Assembly (NCBI GenBank): GCA_965230295.1
Contig: OZ246001.1
Span: 2,368,001-2,432,000 of the forward strand
Direction: 5' to 3'
DNA length: 64,000 bases
Origin: Marinicella sp.
Lineage (GTDB): Bacteria > Pseudomonadota > Gammaproteobacteria > Xanthomonadales > Marinicellaceae
Shown: positions 31,902 to 41,699 of the stretch, in pieces
Layout of the letters: every line of letters starts with the position of its first letter
Position numbering within the stretch: the first letter of the stretch is position 1
The notes under the pieces: model-generated
Told to the model about the DNA's origin: nothing
The model's input: only the letters and a program-made list of their open reading frames with translations
The model's database searches: none
Position numbers and translations under genes: made by a program

Positions 31902-32465
31902 ATGCAAGTCATCATTGGCTTAGGTAATCCTGGCGATAAATACCAAGCCACCCGTCACAACGCCGGCTTTTGGTATATAGATGCCTTGGCCAAAGCGTTC
32001 AACTGCACTTTTAAGACTGAAAAAAAATTCAAAGCTGAAGTGGCTGTGGTCAATCACATGGGACAAAAGCTGTGGTTGGTTAAACCGCAAACATTCATGA
32101 ATTGTTCTGGTCAAAGTGTTATCCCTTTTGTCAATTTTTACCGCATACCGGTCTCTGACATGTTGGTGGCCTATGATGAATTGGACATCCCGGCAGGCAC
32201 GGCTAAATTAAAAAAAGGTGGTGGACATGGTGGCCATAATGGATTGAGAGACATCATCCCGGCATTGGGACCAGATTTTAAACGTTTGCGAATCGGCATC
32301 GGTCATCCTGGTGACAAATCTAAAGTCACACCCTGGGTATTGGGTAAGCCTTCATTGGATGATTTGGTTGCTATCGAGCGATGTATAGATAAATGTGTGG
32401 CAGAAACCGATCATTTAATCAAAGGTGATTGGGACCGTGCCATGAAAAACATACACACGGCGTAA
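31902..32465 (+). CDS. pth: Peptidyl-tRNA hydrolase
   Basis: GLGNPG, TRHNAG, FMNCSG, GGHNG, RLRIGIG. Confidence 0.96.
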   Translation: MQVIIGLGNPGDKYQATRHNAGFWYIDALAKAFNCTFKTEKKFKAEVAVVNHMGQKLWLVKPQTFMNCSGQSVIPFVNFYRIPVSDMLVAYDELDIPAGTAKLKKGGGHGGHNGLRDIIPALGPDFKRLRIGIGHPGDKSKVTPWVLGKPSLDDLVAIERCIDKCVAETDHLIKGDWDRAMKNIHTA

Positions 32466-32475
32466 TCAGTCGAAT

Positions 32476-33576
32476 CTATGACAGCTGTCTGTGAGACAAA
32501 AAGTCACCCACCAGTTTTGTAAAAACCGGTTGATCCACCAAAAAGGCATCGTGTCCTTGTATGGAGTCAGTGATCAACAACTCGCTGTCGCAATCAATTG
32601 CTAACAATAAGGCATGCAATTCTTGTTGCAACTCTATGGGAAACAGAAGATCTGTGTGCGCCCCTACCACCAGTGCCGACTCTAATGTAACACCTTCTAA
32701 TGGGTTTTGGTTTTTAGAATGGGCATATTTGTATCCATCAAACCAATCCATCGCCCGAGATAAATACAGGTAACTGATGGGATCGAATTTATGAATGAAT
32801 TGATTGGCGTGGTGCTCCAAATAACTTTCAACAGGAAATTCAATGCCAAAAGGATGTTCTGGAACTTGTTTCAAGGAACGAGGAAATCGATCTCGCCATT
32901 CCAGGGCCGAACGGTAACTGAGCATACCAATCTTACGCGCGAATTTCATCCCTTCTTCAGGCCAATTGGCAGCCGAATAATGCCCTTGGTTGAAGTTTTC
33001 GTCTTTCAGTATGGCTTCCCTTTGTAAGGATCTGATGGCGGTACTGAATGGGGGGGAGGCCATGCCTGATGCCATGTGAATCAGGTGTTTACAGTAAGTT
33101 GGATGATTGAGAATCAATGCCAAAGCTGACATGCCGCCCATGGAAGGACCAATGACGGTATGAATTTGATTGATGCCCAGTGATTGACACAACAACACCG
33201 ATGAATTGGCGATGTCTTCTAAGGTCAAATCCGGAAAATCAAAACGATAGGGGGCGCCTGTTTTTGGGTTGGGAGAGCAGGGTCCAGTAGAACCTTTACA
33301 GCTGCCTAATGAACTGGCACAAACCACATACCAATGGTTGGTGTCAATGGCTTTACCGGGTCCAATCATGAACTCCCACCATCCGGCCGTATCATGCTCG
33401 CTGTGTCTGGCGGCATGTGAATCAGCAGACAACCCGGTCAGGATTAAGATGGCATTGGACTGGGTTGGGTTCAGTTTGCCCCAGGTTTCATAAGCCAATA
33501 TACCACCTTCTATACCGCCACCACGGTGAAATCGAAAGGTATTTGGAATATCAAATAGTTTAAGGTAGTTGGCCAT
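32476..33576 (-). CDS. metX: MetX-family acyltransferase, probably serine O-succinyl/acetyltransferase subtype
   Basis: ILTGLSADSHAA, GWWE..IGPG, GSCKGSTGP, nucleophile GPSMGG, GHDAFL. Confidence 0.85.
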   Translation of the reverse strand: MANYLKLFDIPNTFRFHRGGGIEGGILAYETWGKLNPTQSNAILILTGLSADSHAARHSEHDTAGWWEFMIGPGKAIDTNHWYVVCASSLGSCKGSTGPCSPNPKTGAPYRFDFPDLTLEDIANSSVLLCQSLGINQIHTVIGPSMGGMSALALILNHPTYCKHLIHMASGMASPPFSTAIRSLQREAILKDENFNQGHYSAANWPEEGMKFARKIGMLSYRSALEWRDRFPRSLKQVPEHPFGIEFPVESYLEHHANQFIHKFDPISYLYLSRAMDWFDGYKYAHSKNQNPLEGVTLESALVVGAHTDLLFPIELQQELHALLLAIDCDSELLITDSIQGHDAFLVDQPVFTKLVGDFLSHRQLS

Positions 33577-33689
33577 ACTGTTCCCAAAAATAAACGGCCT
33601 ATGGTTAACATCAGGCCGTCATCTAAGGGACTTATTGTATCAAAGAGGGTGCTTGATAAGAACCCTCTTAGCGATTCAATTTAGTTCGA

Positions 33690-34640
33690 TTACGTGGCGT
33701 TTCTGAAACGCCTGACATAGATGGCCAATGCCACAGCCACTATAGCGAATGCCAGTCCATAATAAATCGATGGGTTGGTTAAACCATTGAGCATGGAGTG
33801 TATCAATTCGACACTGGTTTGTTCGGTCGGGTCAAAGTCAATTTCTTCGACCGTAAACCCCAGCCCCGAAGTGAATGGTTGAGTGCCCTTGGCCATCAAT
33901 ATCCCAATGGTTTTGAAGACCCCAATTCTGACCACATCCAAATTGACCAACGCGTTGTACCAGTACCAAATAAAGCCAGCTAACATAGGTGCAAATACAG
34001 CCAATAAAAAGGGTCTTCTTTTCGAATAAGATGATGAGAACAGCAGCCAGCCGTAAACGGGTAAGGCCCACAAGGCTTGTGCCAAACACCCAACCATGAA
34101 TGCCCCCCAATTATTGATGAAGTTGATGTTCGACCACAAGATGGTGAAAGGGTTGGCTCCATTAAGTAATAAGAATAAACTGGTTAAAATAAAAAACACC
34201 AAATGACTCACTATTAAACCGGCGGTAAAGATCAGCGGTGCAACCACTGTGGCAGTGACTAATTTGGATAACACAGTTTGGGTGTCAGACACTGGCAATG
34301 ATTTCCAAAATAAGATACTGCCATCTTTGCGGTCATCATACAGGCTACCAAGCAAGAAAAAGAAAATGATGACAAACAACACAAAGTGGTACAAGGATCC
34401 AGTCGATAACATGAAGACATCAATACCAGCCTGAATTTTGCTGGGATCCAGATTCTCTAGTGACTTGGCACCAAACTCAACAGCTTGGCCGCTGTTGATT
34501 TTTACATCCAGGCGATCAGTGGTGAAATACACCAGCATCAGAATGATCGACATCACGATACCCATGATGATAGGGGTCTTTAAGAAGGCGCCTCGGTGTT
34601 CCCAGTACTCTCGGGTTAATAATGCTTGAAAAGTTTTCAT
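33690..34640 (-). CDS. ABC-2 type permease (Ytr-like)
   Basis: REYWEHR, LYDDRKDGSILFWKSLPVSD..TVLSK, multiple TMs. Confidence 0.85.
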   Translation of the reverse strand: MKTFQALLTREYWEHRGAFLKTPIIMGIVMSIILMLVYFTTDRLDVKINSGQAVEFGAKSLENLDPSKIQAGIDVFMLSTGSLYHFVLFVIIFFFLLGSLYDDRKDGSILFWKSLPVSDTQTVLSKLVTATVVAPLIFTAGLIVSHLVFFILTSLFLLLNGANPFTILWSNINFINNWGAFMVGCLAQALWALPVYGWLLFSSSYSKRRPFLLAVFAPMLAGFIWYWYNALVNLDVVRIGVFKTIGILMAKGTQPFTSGLGFTVEEIDFDPTEQTSVELIHSMLNGLTNPSIYYGLAFAIVAVALAIYVRRFRNAT

Positions 34641-35497
34641 ACTTGCTCCTCCTCTTGCATCAATGCCACAAATAAATCAGAGACCGAAGGTCTTTGTACT
34701 TCGCCCAGGGTTTCTATGACATCCCTTGAGTGTGAGTGAAACAGCATGATGTATTTTCCGAATACTTTACGAATGGTTAATGGGTTGTGAGACATGGCTT
34801 GCTCATAATGATCTTGGTTGACCATGACTTCGAAATAGGAGTTGGTCAGTTCGTCCATGTTGGCGTTTAAAACAATTTCACCTTCACGAATGAACACCAC
34901 GTCAGTCAGGATGTGCTCAATTTCTTCAACTTGATGGGTGGTGATGATGATGGTTCTTTCGTTGTCAAAATAATCATTGAGCAAGTTGTCGTAAAACTGT
35001 TTTCTGAACAAAATATCCAAACCCAAAGTGGGCTCATCCAGAACCAGCAACTTGGCATCTATAGACATGACCAAAGCCAGGTGCAACTGTGCGGTCATCC
35101 CTTTGGATAGCTCTTTGACTTTATGGTTCATTTTGATTTTGGTCTTGGTCAAAAAGTGTTTGGCTTGCTCGACAGAAAAGTTAGGGTGGGTGTGTTCGGT
35201 GAATTGCAACAATTGAGACACTTTAATCCATTTAGGTAAAACCGCAACATCAGCAATGAAACAAATTTCTTTCATCAGATCTGCCCGTTTTTTATAAGGA
35301 TCAATTCCCAATACTTTTAAATCACCTTCGCATGAATCTAAACCCAACACCGATTTAAGCAAGGTGGTTTTACCTGCCCCGTTTGGCCCAATTAAGCCCA
35401 CAATTTTACCTTTGCTGATGTCTATGTTGACGTTCTTTAAAGCCTGAAAACTGCCAAACTTCTTGTTGACATTTTGTGCCGTTAATATATGACTCAT
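34637..35497 (-). CDS. ABC transporter ATP-binding protein (YtrB-like)
   Basis: GPNGAGKTT, LSKGM, LDEPT, TTHQ. Confidence 0.92.
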   Translation of the reverse strand: MSHILTAQNVNKKFGSFQALKNVNIDISKGKIVGLIGPNGAGKTTLLKSVLGLDSCEGDLKVLGIDPYKKRADLMKEICFIADVAVLPKWIKVSQLLQFTEHTHPNFSVEQAKHFLTKTKIKMNHKVKELSKGMTAQLHLALVMSIDAKLLVLDEPTLGLDILFRKQFYDNLLNDYFDNERTIIITTHQVEEIEHILTDVVFIREGEIVLNANMDELTNSYFEVMVNQDHYEQAMSHNPLTIRKVFGKYIMLFHSHSRDVIETLGEVQRPSVSDLFVALMQEEEQV

Positions 35498-35865
35498 TGA
35501 TTACTCCCAATTGCTTTTAACGAGTTTATTAATTGTTGTGTATCTAAATTTAATGTTTGAATTTTGTTGAGTATTTTAGGCCAATCTTCTTTGATAAACT
35601 GCTCATTTTCATTCACTTGAAGTTTTCGTGCAGCACCTGATTGGACAAACATACCCAGTCCGCGTCTTTTTTCAACCAATTCTTCATCGACCAGAATCTG
35701 ATATGATTTGGAAACGGTAATGGGGTTAACTTTATAATCAATCGCCACTTGCCTAACTGAAGGTAAGGCATCACCTTCACTGATGTCTCCAGACAAAATC
35801 ATGTCTTTGATTTGATCTTTCAGTTGTAAATAAATGGGTTCCTTGTCATTCCACTGGAAGCTCAT
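35494..35865 (-). CDS. GntR family regulator, YtrA subfamily
   Basis: 123 aa; PIYLQL, LPSVRQ, VNPITV, RRGLGMFV. Confidence 0.92.
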   Translation of the reverse strand: MSFQWNDKEPIYLQLKDQIKDMILSGDISEGDALPSVRQVAIDYKVNPITVSKSYQILVDEELVEKRRGLGMFVQSGAARKLQVNENEQFIKEDWPKILNKIQTLNLDTQQLINSLKAIGSNQ

Positions 35866-35866
35866 G

Positions 35867-36070
35867 TCATTTCACCAACCTAGGTAACAATATCGTTATA
35901 GATTTATTTATTTTTAAGGCGTTACCTTCTGCTTTGATTGTTTTGCTGATGGGTTGTTGTGGCACTTTACTGGTGGCTGTTGGCGTGATCGCATAGCTTA
36001 AGGCCACAGAAGTTAATAAAGATAAAAATAATATGGATACAACCATTATGTTTTGTTTTAATTGGTTCAT
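35867..36070 (-). CDS. Small exported/membrane protein, first gene of the YtrA operon
   Basis: 67 aa with an N-terminal hydrophobic stretch; AGGTG-type RBS; stop abuts the gntR start. Confidence 0.6.
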   Translation of the reverse strand: MNQLKQNIMVVSILFLSLLTSVALSYAITPTATSKVPQQPISKTIKAEGNALKINKSITILLPRLVK

Positions 36071-36091
36071 GATACACCTGCCTTTTATTTA

Positions 36092-36129
36092 AGTGTTATA
36101 CTATACTACAACACTACTGAAATAGTCAA
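36092..36129 (-). promoter_or_regulatory. YtrA-type operator overlapping the operon promoter
   Basis: Inverted repeat AGTGTTATA-N6-TACAACACT (36092-36115); minus-strand TTGACT-N18-TATAGT. Confidence 0.65.
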
Positions 36130-36185
36130 GTATGCCAAAAGTCACAGGTCTTTTCTGAATTGAAAAAAAGTCAATGAAATCAATA

Positions 36186-36632
36186 TCATCGATACTCGTG
36201 TTTGGTGCCGGGAACTGGATATAGAATCGATTTCTTGATCACATGTTCTTTCCGAAAGTTCTCAGAAAACAAAAAACAATCTAATACATAAGGCAACTGC
36301 TTGTACTTTTCGCCGGCCTTTGGCAAGTTCTTGTTGATCAGAGAAATATCAATGGTTTCTACAGCATAGGTGGTTAAATCCGGGATGGGTATGCCATTGA
36401 ATTCGATGGCTTGGCGTTCTTTGATGGCTAACTGGCAACTCAGTTGGTTGTTTTCTCGGGTCAGCCGATTGCGATGAGACAGCCTGACTTTTAATTGTTC
36501 AGACGATAAATCAAGCATCACGATTTCAATCAATGAGGGCAGATTGTGAAGCTCCGTTTTGGGTACAGGTGTGCAGTTGGATAAAGCCAAACTGAGGAGT
36601 ATTAACAGTGCAGTGTTTGTATTAGTTTTCAT
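36186..36632 (-). CDS. Hypothetical lipoprotein
   Basis: Lipobox-like LSNC; overlaps the end of the permease gene. Confidence 0.65.
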   Translation of the reverse strand: MKTNTNTALLILLSLALSNCTPVPKTELHNLPSLIEIVMLDLSSEQLKVRLSHRNRLTRENNQLSCQLAIKERQAIEFNGIPIPDLTTYAVETIDISLINKNLPKAGEKYKQLPYVLDCFLFSENFRKEHVIKKSILYPVPGTKHEYR

Positions 36633-37536
36633 GATTTAAGTTAGTTTTTGGATCAAGGGCATCTTGTAAAGCATCAGAAAAAAAATTAAAACCAATGACC
36701 AGTATAAACAACAGTGATGATGCAACAATGAAATTATTGAAATAACCAGCTTGTATGTCATTGATTGATTCAGCAATCATCAATCCCCAGCTGATGCCAT
36801 TTTTTACACCCAACCCTAAAAAGCTGAGTATCACCTCGGTCTTGATGGCAGCCACGAAGACCAAGGTTGCTTGGATGATGATCAGATGGCTGGTGTTTGG
36901 GATGATGTGCTGAAAGAGGATTTTGGCTTGTCTTAAACCGAGGGCTTTTGCAGCTTCGACAAATTCAAGTTGCTTCAGCAGGATGACTTCACTTCTGATG
37001 ATGCGTGCAATGGTCGTCCAAAACACGGCTATCATGGCAATGTGCATGGAAAACATGGCCATTTGTTCAACATGAGCAAGGTTTTGCATGGCAAAAGCAA
37101 TGGCAGCCACAAACAGGTAAAACGGGATTGAGTCCAACACGCCCATGATCCACAATAAAATGGCATCTAACCAGGATCCTTGATAAAAACCAGCAATGGC
37201 ACCCAATACAACACCTAAAATGGTGGTGAAAATTGTGACCACTAACCCGACTTCGAAGGCCACTTTGGTGGCATAAATGCCGCGACTGGCGATGTCCTGA
37301 CCGATGGCATTGGTACCAAACCAGTGTTGCCATGTTGGGCCTTGATTCATTTCTGCTGATATTTCGCTCCAGCCTAACCCCCAAATACCAAGCCACACAC
37401 CAGTTGCCATAATCAAGTAAATCATGACAATAAACAATCCCAAAAGTCCAAAATTATCGGCTTTGAATTGTGTCCAGGATTTACTCCATAAGCTGCTGTA
37501 TTCTTGACCTGCAGCTGCAGTGTTTGTCGAACTCAT
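36622..37536 (-). CDS. Peptide ABC transporter permease (OppC/DppC-like)
   Basis: HWFGTNAIGQDI, EFVEAAKALG (EAA motif), LSFLGLG, LQDALDP. Confidence 0.9.
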   Translation of the reverse strand: MSSTNTAAAGQEYSSLWSKSWTQFKADNFGLLGLFIVMIYLIMATGVWLGIWGLGWSEISAEMNQGPTWQHWFGTNAIGQDIASRGIYATKVAFEVGLVVTIFTTILGVVLGAIAGFYQGSWLDAILLWIMGVLDSIPFYLFVAAIAFAMQNLAHVEQMAMFSMHIAMIAVFWTTIARIIRSEVILLKQLEFVEAAKALGLRQAKILFQHIIPNTSHLIIIQATLVFVAAIKTEVILSFLGLGVKNGISWGLMIAESINDIQAGYFNNFIVASSLLFILVIGFNFFSDALQDALDPKTNLNHEN

Positions 37537-37567
37537 GAAATCACCCCAGACAGCATAAAATCAACAT

Positions 37568-38539
37568 TCATCGCAACACCACCCTGGGATCAAACCAACG
37601 ATACAAAATCTCAGAAAGCAGCATAACCAATACGAATAATACGGCAGTGATACCCACTATGGCTTTAAGTACAGGTTGGTCGCCTGCCAGTATGGCATCA
37701 TAGGTAATCAAACCTACACCGGGAATGCCGAAATGACTTTCAATCAATAAAGAACCACTGATGACCACCAATGGTATTGAGAACATCACCCGTGTGATGA
37801 TGGGTATCATGGCATTTTTAAGCATGTACTTGTAATGAATTTGTTGGTTGTTGTGGCCAAAAGCTTTGGTGGTGGTGATGTAGTCTTTGTGCATTTCTTC
37901 AACCAAAACAGCCCGGTAGAAGCGTGTGTTGTAGCCCAATGAAACAAAAACCACTGCTAAAGTTGGGACAGTCACATACTTAAGATAAGCCAGCCAGCTG
38001 AACGACTGGTTTTCATCAAAAATATGCCAACCCCTCACAGGAAACCAATTTAAACCATAACTGGAGGAAAAGATCAGTTGAAATCCAATGATCACAATCA
38101 GAAAAGAAATACTCATTCCAATGACAGCAAAAGTCATGATGGTTTTGTCCTGCCACTGTCTGCGGTACTTGGCTGCTTTTAATGCCAGGTAAATGGCCAA
38201 TACATTGCCGATGATGAATCCAGGTAACATCAGCAGCAGTGAAATGGGGATGGCGCTGATTAACATCTCGGCAACAGGCTGGTCTTTGACCAGGGATAAG
38301 CCAAAATCAAAAGTTATTAATTCTTTGACATACAGCAGGTAACGCTGCCAAAAAGGCCGGTCATAACCCAGTAGTTGTCGCAGCTCATTGACGGCTTCTT
38401 CGCTGGCGTTTTTGCTGAGTAATGTATAGGTTAAATCTGGGCCAAAATAAACCATCAATATGAATGAGACCAATGTCACGCCAATGATCAAAGGAATACC
38501 TTCAAGCAACTTTTTGATGACAAAAACCCAAGTATTCAT
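37568..38539 (-). CDS. Peptide ABC transporter permease (OppB/DppB-like)
   Basis: LGYDRP..RY, DFGLS, DYITTTKAFG, IESHFGIPGVG, DPRV. Confidence 0.9.
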   Translation of the reverse strand: MNTWVFVIKKLLEGIPLIIGVTLVSFILMVYFGPDLTYTLLSKNASEEAVNELRQLLGYDRPFWQRYLLYVKELITFDFGLSLVKDQPVAEMLISAIPISLLLMLPGFIIGNVLAIYLALKAAKYRRQWQDKTIMTFAVIGMSISFLIVIIGFQLIFSSSYGLNWFPVRGWHIFDENQSFSWLAYLKYVTVPTLAVVFVSLGYNTRFYRAVLVEEMHKDYITTTKAFGHNNQQIHYKYMLKNAMIPIITRVMFSIPLVVISGSLLIESHFGIPGVGLITYDAILAGDQPVLKAIVGITAVLFVLVMLLSEILYRWFDPRVVLR

Positions 38540-40344
38540 TACTTGACGTCTACATAACGGAGGTGATAACCACCCACAATCTCACGGTCTGGGAAAGTGA
38601 TGACATTCTTATGCCACAGGTGAATTTTATTCCTGGATAAACCTGAGATCACCACACAATCATCAATCACCAATTGGTTCATTTTTTGATAAAGTGCAGT
38701 TCGCTCTGGTGAAGGCAACATCGTACTGGATTGTTCAAACAGGGCATCAAATTCAGGATTTCTGTAGTTAAAATTATTGGACCCTGGTGTTTCATTGGGG
38801 CCATAGAACAATTGCAGTGTATTTTCTGCATCAGGGTAATCTAAATTCCAGCCCAGAAAGAAGAAAGGAGTTTGGCGGTTCTTTATGGCTTTATTGAAGT
38901 TTCCAAAGCTGGGGTAGGGATGATACTGGATTCGGTTATTGGGGTAGCCAATCGAATTCATGAACCCCCGCATTTGCTCAAAAAACTGTTTTTGTAGCAC
39001 ACTGCCTGTAACGTGGTACTCAAAATTTGGCAGTTGTTCATCGTTCCATTGGTGGTCTTGAAGTAATTGTTTGGCACCTGCCACATCGGTAATGATGGAG
39101 TCTTGACTTATGTTTGGGTCATATTCAGGTACACTGGGTGGAATGATGCCTGGAAATACAGTGCCTAAACCAAAGTAAAAGGCTTGGTTTTTTTGCTGCC
39201 AATCATGAGATTTCCTGATGGCGCAGCGCAAGGCTTTACTTCGTGCATCATGTTCAGGGTCGCCATTGTTGCCAAACACCGGATCGGTCATGTTGAAACC
39301 ATGGTAGACAAAGCCGGCTTCCGTTCCATAGCTGTGGTGATAGTTTTGACTGATTTGTGGATGAATTTTTATGGGTTTTTTGCTCAGTAATACCGTATTC
39401 TGTTTGTCTTTAGGTACAGTGGTGTATTGAATTTCATTGCCTTTAGTGAAAGACTGCCAACGGGATGCTGACTCATTGATGAAGTGGATTTCCAGTTGAT
39501 CAATGAATGGGGGTGATTGGTTGTGTAATGATTTTACGCCGAAAGCCGCATGCAATTGTTCATTGTAACCTTCAGCATAGATGTCCAAGGGCTCTTGTCG
39601 AAATTTTGGATTGCGCAGTAAATAAGCCGTTTCGGTATTGAAATCGTCCAAGATAAAAGGGCCCGAGCCGATCGGTTTAGAGCCGAATTCAGCGCCTAAG
39701 GCTTCTACCACTTCTCTGGGTGTTACAGCAGAAAAACCCATGGCCAAAGAATAAAGCAGTTGCGGGTATGGTTTAATTAAATCAATCCTAAGTGTGTAGT
39801 CATTGAGGGCCTTTAAACCAGATACTTCGGCGTCATAATTGGCCCCATCCATTTTCCACTGATCCAAACCGTTGATTTTCCCTTGCCAAAGCCAAGTTCC
39901 CGCTGCAGCATTCTTTGGATCGAATGAACGCAGAATGGAGTAAACCACATCTTTGGCCTTAACCTCACGTCCTGATCCATTCTCAAAAGCCGGGTGGTCA
40001 TGGAAATGGACACCAGACTTGATGGTGATCTCATAACTCAGACCATCTTCACTTATTTTCGGCATTGAAGCTGCGAGATTGGGCTTGAGTTGATAAGGCC
40101 TGGCTAAATACTTATAACTGTATAGCGTATCGAAAATGTTGACAGCAAGCATATTGCTATAAATCGAGGACGCTTTGATGGGGTCCAGGCTGGTGGGCTT
40201 GCCGTCCAAAGAATGGCGGTATATTTTATTGCCATTGATGATTGAAGTTTCAGGTTGTCCATAAGCCGAATGGTCATCTTGCTGACAAGCAGAAAGTAGC
40301 AAGAGGGAACTGATGCAAAGAGCGGACTTTAATTTAATCAACAT
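38539..40344 (-). CDS. Peptide ABC transporter substrate-binding lipoprotein (SBP family 5)
   Basis: Lipobox LSAC, SLDP, LKPNLA, PIGSGPF, GWNLDYPDAEN. Confidence 0.9.
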   Translation of the reverse strand: MLIKLKSALCISSLLLLSACQQDDHSAYGQPETSIINGNKIYRHSLDGKPTSLDPIKASSIYSNMLAVNIFDTLYSYKYLARPYQLKPNLAASMPKISEDGLSYEITIKSGVHFHDHPAFENGSGREVKAKDVVYSILRSFDPKNAAAGTWLWQGKINGLDQWKMDGANYDAEVSGLKALNDYTLRIDLIKPYPQLLYSLAMGFSAVTPREVVEALGAEFGSKPIGSGPFILDDFNTETAYLLRNPKFRQEPLDIYAEGYNEQLHAAFGVKSLHNQSPPFIDQLEIHFINESASRWQSFTKGNEIQYTTVPKDKQNTVLLSKKPIKIHPQISQNYHHSYGTEAGFVYHGFNMTDPVFGNNGDPEHDARSKALRCAIRKSHDWQQKNQAFYFGLGTVFPGIIPPSVPEYDPNISQDSIITDVAGAKQLLQDHQWNDEQLPNFEYHVTGSVLQKQFFEQMRGFMNSIGYPNNRIQYHPYPSFGNFNKAIKNRQTPFFFLGWNLDYPDAENTLQLFYGPNETPGSNNFNYRNPEFDALFEQSSTMLPSPERTALYQKMNQLVIDDCVVISGLSRNKIHLWHKNVITFPDREIVGGYHLRYVDVK

Positions 40345-40509
40345 GGGAATAAATATTTTATTGGGCAATCATTATAACGGCATATGAGTTCACTGGCAAA
40401 GAACGAATGGCTATGATCAATTTGGCTAAGGAATCATGGTATATATTAAAACAGAATGTACTTTTACCTAACGGGTGGTTACCTGTCATGGCTGTGTTAA
40501 AATCAAAGA

Positions 40510-40824
40510 ATGAGTAAAGAAATACAAAAGTACAGCAGTTTCAGTGAATTTTACCCTTATTATTTAGCAGAGCACAGTGATGTGACTTGTCGCCGTTTAC
40601 ATGTGATCGGTTCAGCCATTGTTTTAGTGGTTGCAGTGATGACCATTGTGACTCAAAACTGGATGTTGTTGTGGTTATTACCCGTCATTGGTTATGGATT
40701 TGCCTGGGTTGGGCATTTTTTCTTTGAACACAACAAACCGGCCACATTTAAGTACCCTTTGTACAGCTTGGCTGGAGATTGGGTGATGTTTTGGCAAGTG
40801 CTCACTGGCAAGATAAAATTTTAA
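40510..40824 (+). CDS. DUF962/Mpo1-like small membrane protein
   Basis: FYPYYLAEH..CRRLH, GYGFAWVGHFFFEHNKPATFKYP. Confidence 0.88.
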   Translation: MSKEIQKYSSFSEFYPYYLAEHSDVTCRRLHVIGSAIVLVVAVMTIVTQNWMLLWLLPVIGYGFAWVGHFFFEHNKPATFKYPLYSLAGDWVMFWQVLTGKIKF

Positions 40825-40840
40825 CTCGGTCAGTTCCAGC

Positions 40841-41677
40841 TCATTTCTTATAGCCATAAGTAACCCGATCAATGCCCGCAAGATCTTTGACAGAGTTAAC
40901 ATGCCTGAAACCGGCATCTGACATTATGGTTTGTACGGAATCTTTTTGTTGCCAACCATGTTCAAACATCAACAGCCCAAATTCTGTTAAATAATTGGGT
41001 GCTTGCTCAGTGATTCGAATGAAATCGCCCAAGCCTTCTTGGTCTGACACCAATGCCGCCGTTGGTTCATGTATTAAGTGATTCAAGTGTTCATCATCAT
41101 CCGCTATATAGGGCGGGTTGCTGACTATTAAATCAAAAGTTTTGTTATTCAAGTTAGTGAACCAGTCAGAAACCATGAATTGGACATTTTTGACTTGGTT
41201 TCGCAATGCATTTCGTTTGGCGATATTCAAAGCGCCTGAAGATTGATCTATACCAATTACTTGTGCATCCGGGAATACCCGGCCCAGTGCCAGCGCCAGC
41301 GCGCCTGAACCGGTGCCCAGATCTAATATGTGCTTGGGATGATTAGTAGCCAGTATATTCAAGGCAACTTCAACGATGGTTTCCGTATCTGGTCTGGGGA
41401 TCAAAGTGTTGCTGTCTACCAACAAATCCAAATCCCAGAACAGTTGTTGGCCGGTGATATAAGCCAAAGGAAATCCATCACCCAATTGCTTTAACCAATG
41501 ATCGAGTTGTTGAATGTGTTGTGGATTCAGCTCAAAATCCTGGTGGGCAAACAACCATGCGTTGTCTTGTTGCAATAAATGAGCGAGCAAACGCCTCAGG
41601 TCAGACTGGTTTATGCGAGGTTGGTTTTGATCAGATGGGTGTTTTTGAGCCCTGAGCCACGCTTGGATGGTGTGCAA
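40841..41677 (-). CDS. prmC: Peptide chain release factor N5-glutamine methyltransferase
   Basis: PLAYITG, LIPRPDTE, DLGTGSG, SNPPY, EHG. Confidence 0.95.
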   Translation of the reverse strand: MHTIQAWLRAQKHPSDQNQPRINQSDLRRLLAHLLQQDNAWLFAHQDFELNPQHIQQLDHWLKQLGDGFPLAYITGQQLFWDLDLLVDSNTLIPRPDTETIVEVALNILATNHPKHILDLGTGSGALALALGRVFPDAQVIGIDQSSGALNIAKRNALRNQVKNVQFMVSDWFTNLNNKTFDLIVSNPPYIADDDEHLNHLIHEPTAALVSDQEGLGDFIRITEQAPNYLTEFGLLMFEHGWQQKDSVQTIMSDAGFRHVNSVKDLAGIDRVTYGYKK

Positions 41678-41699
41678 TGCAATGACCTTAAGGGGTTAT

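Noticed and set aside
33577-33689. SAM/SAH riboswitch upstream of the metX homolog
   Set aside because: Only two simple hairpins (33594-33619 and 33643-33669); no aptamer consensus seen.
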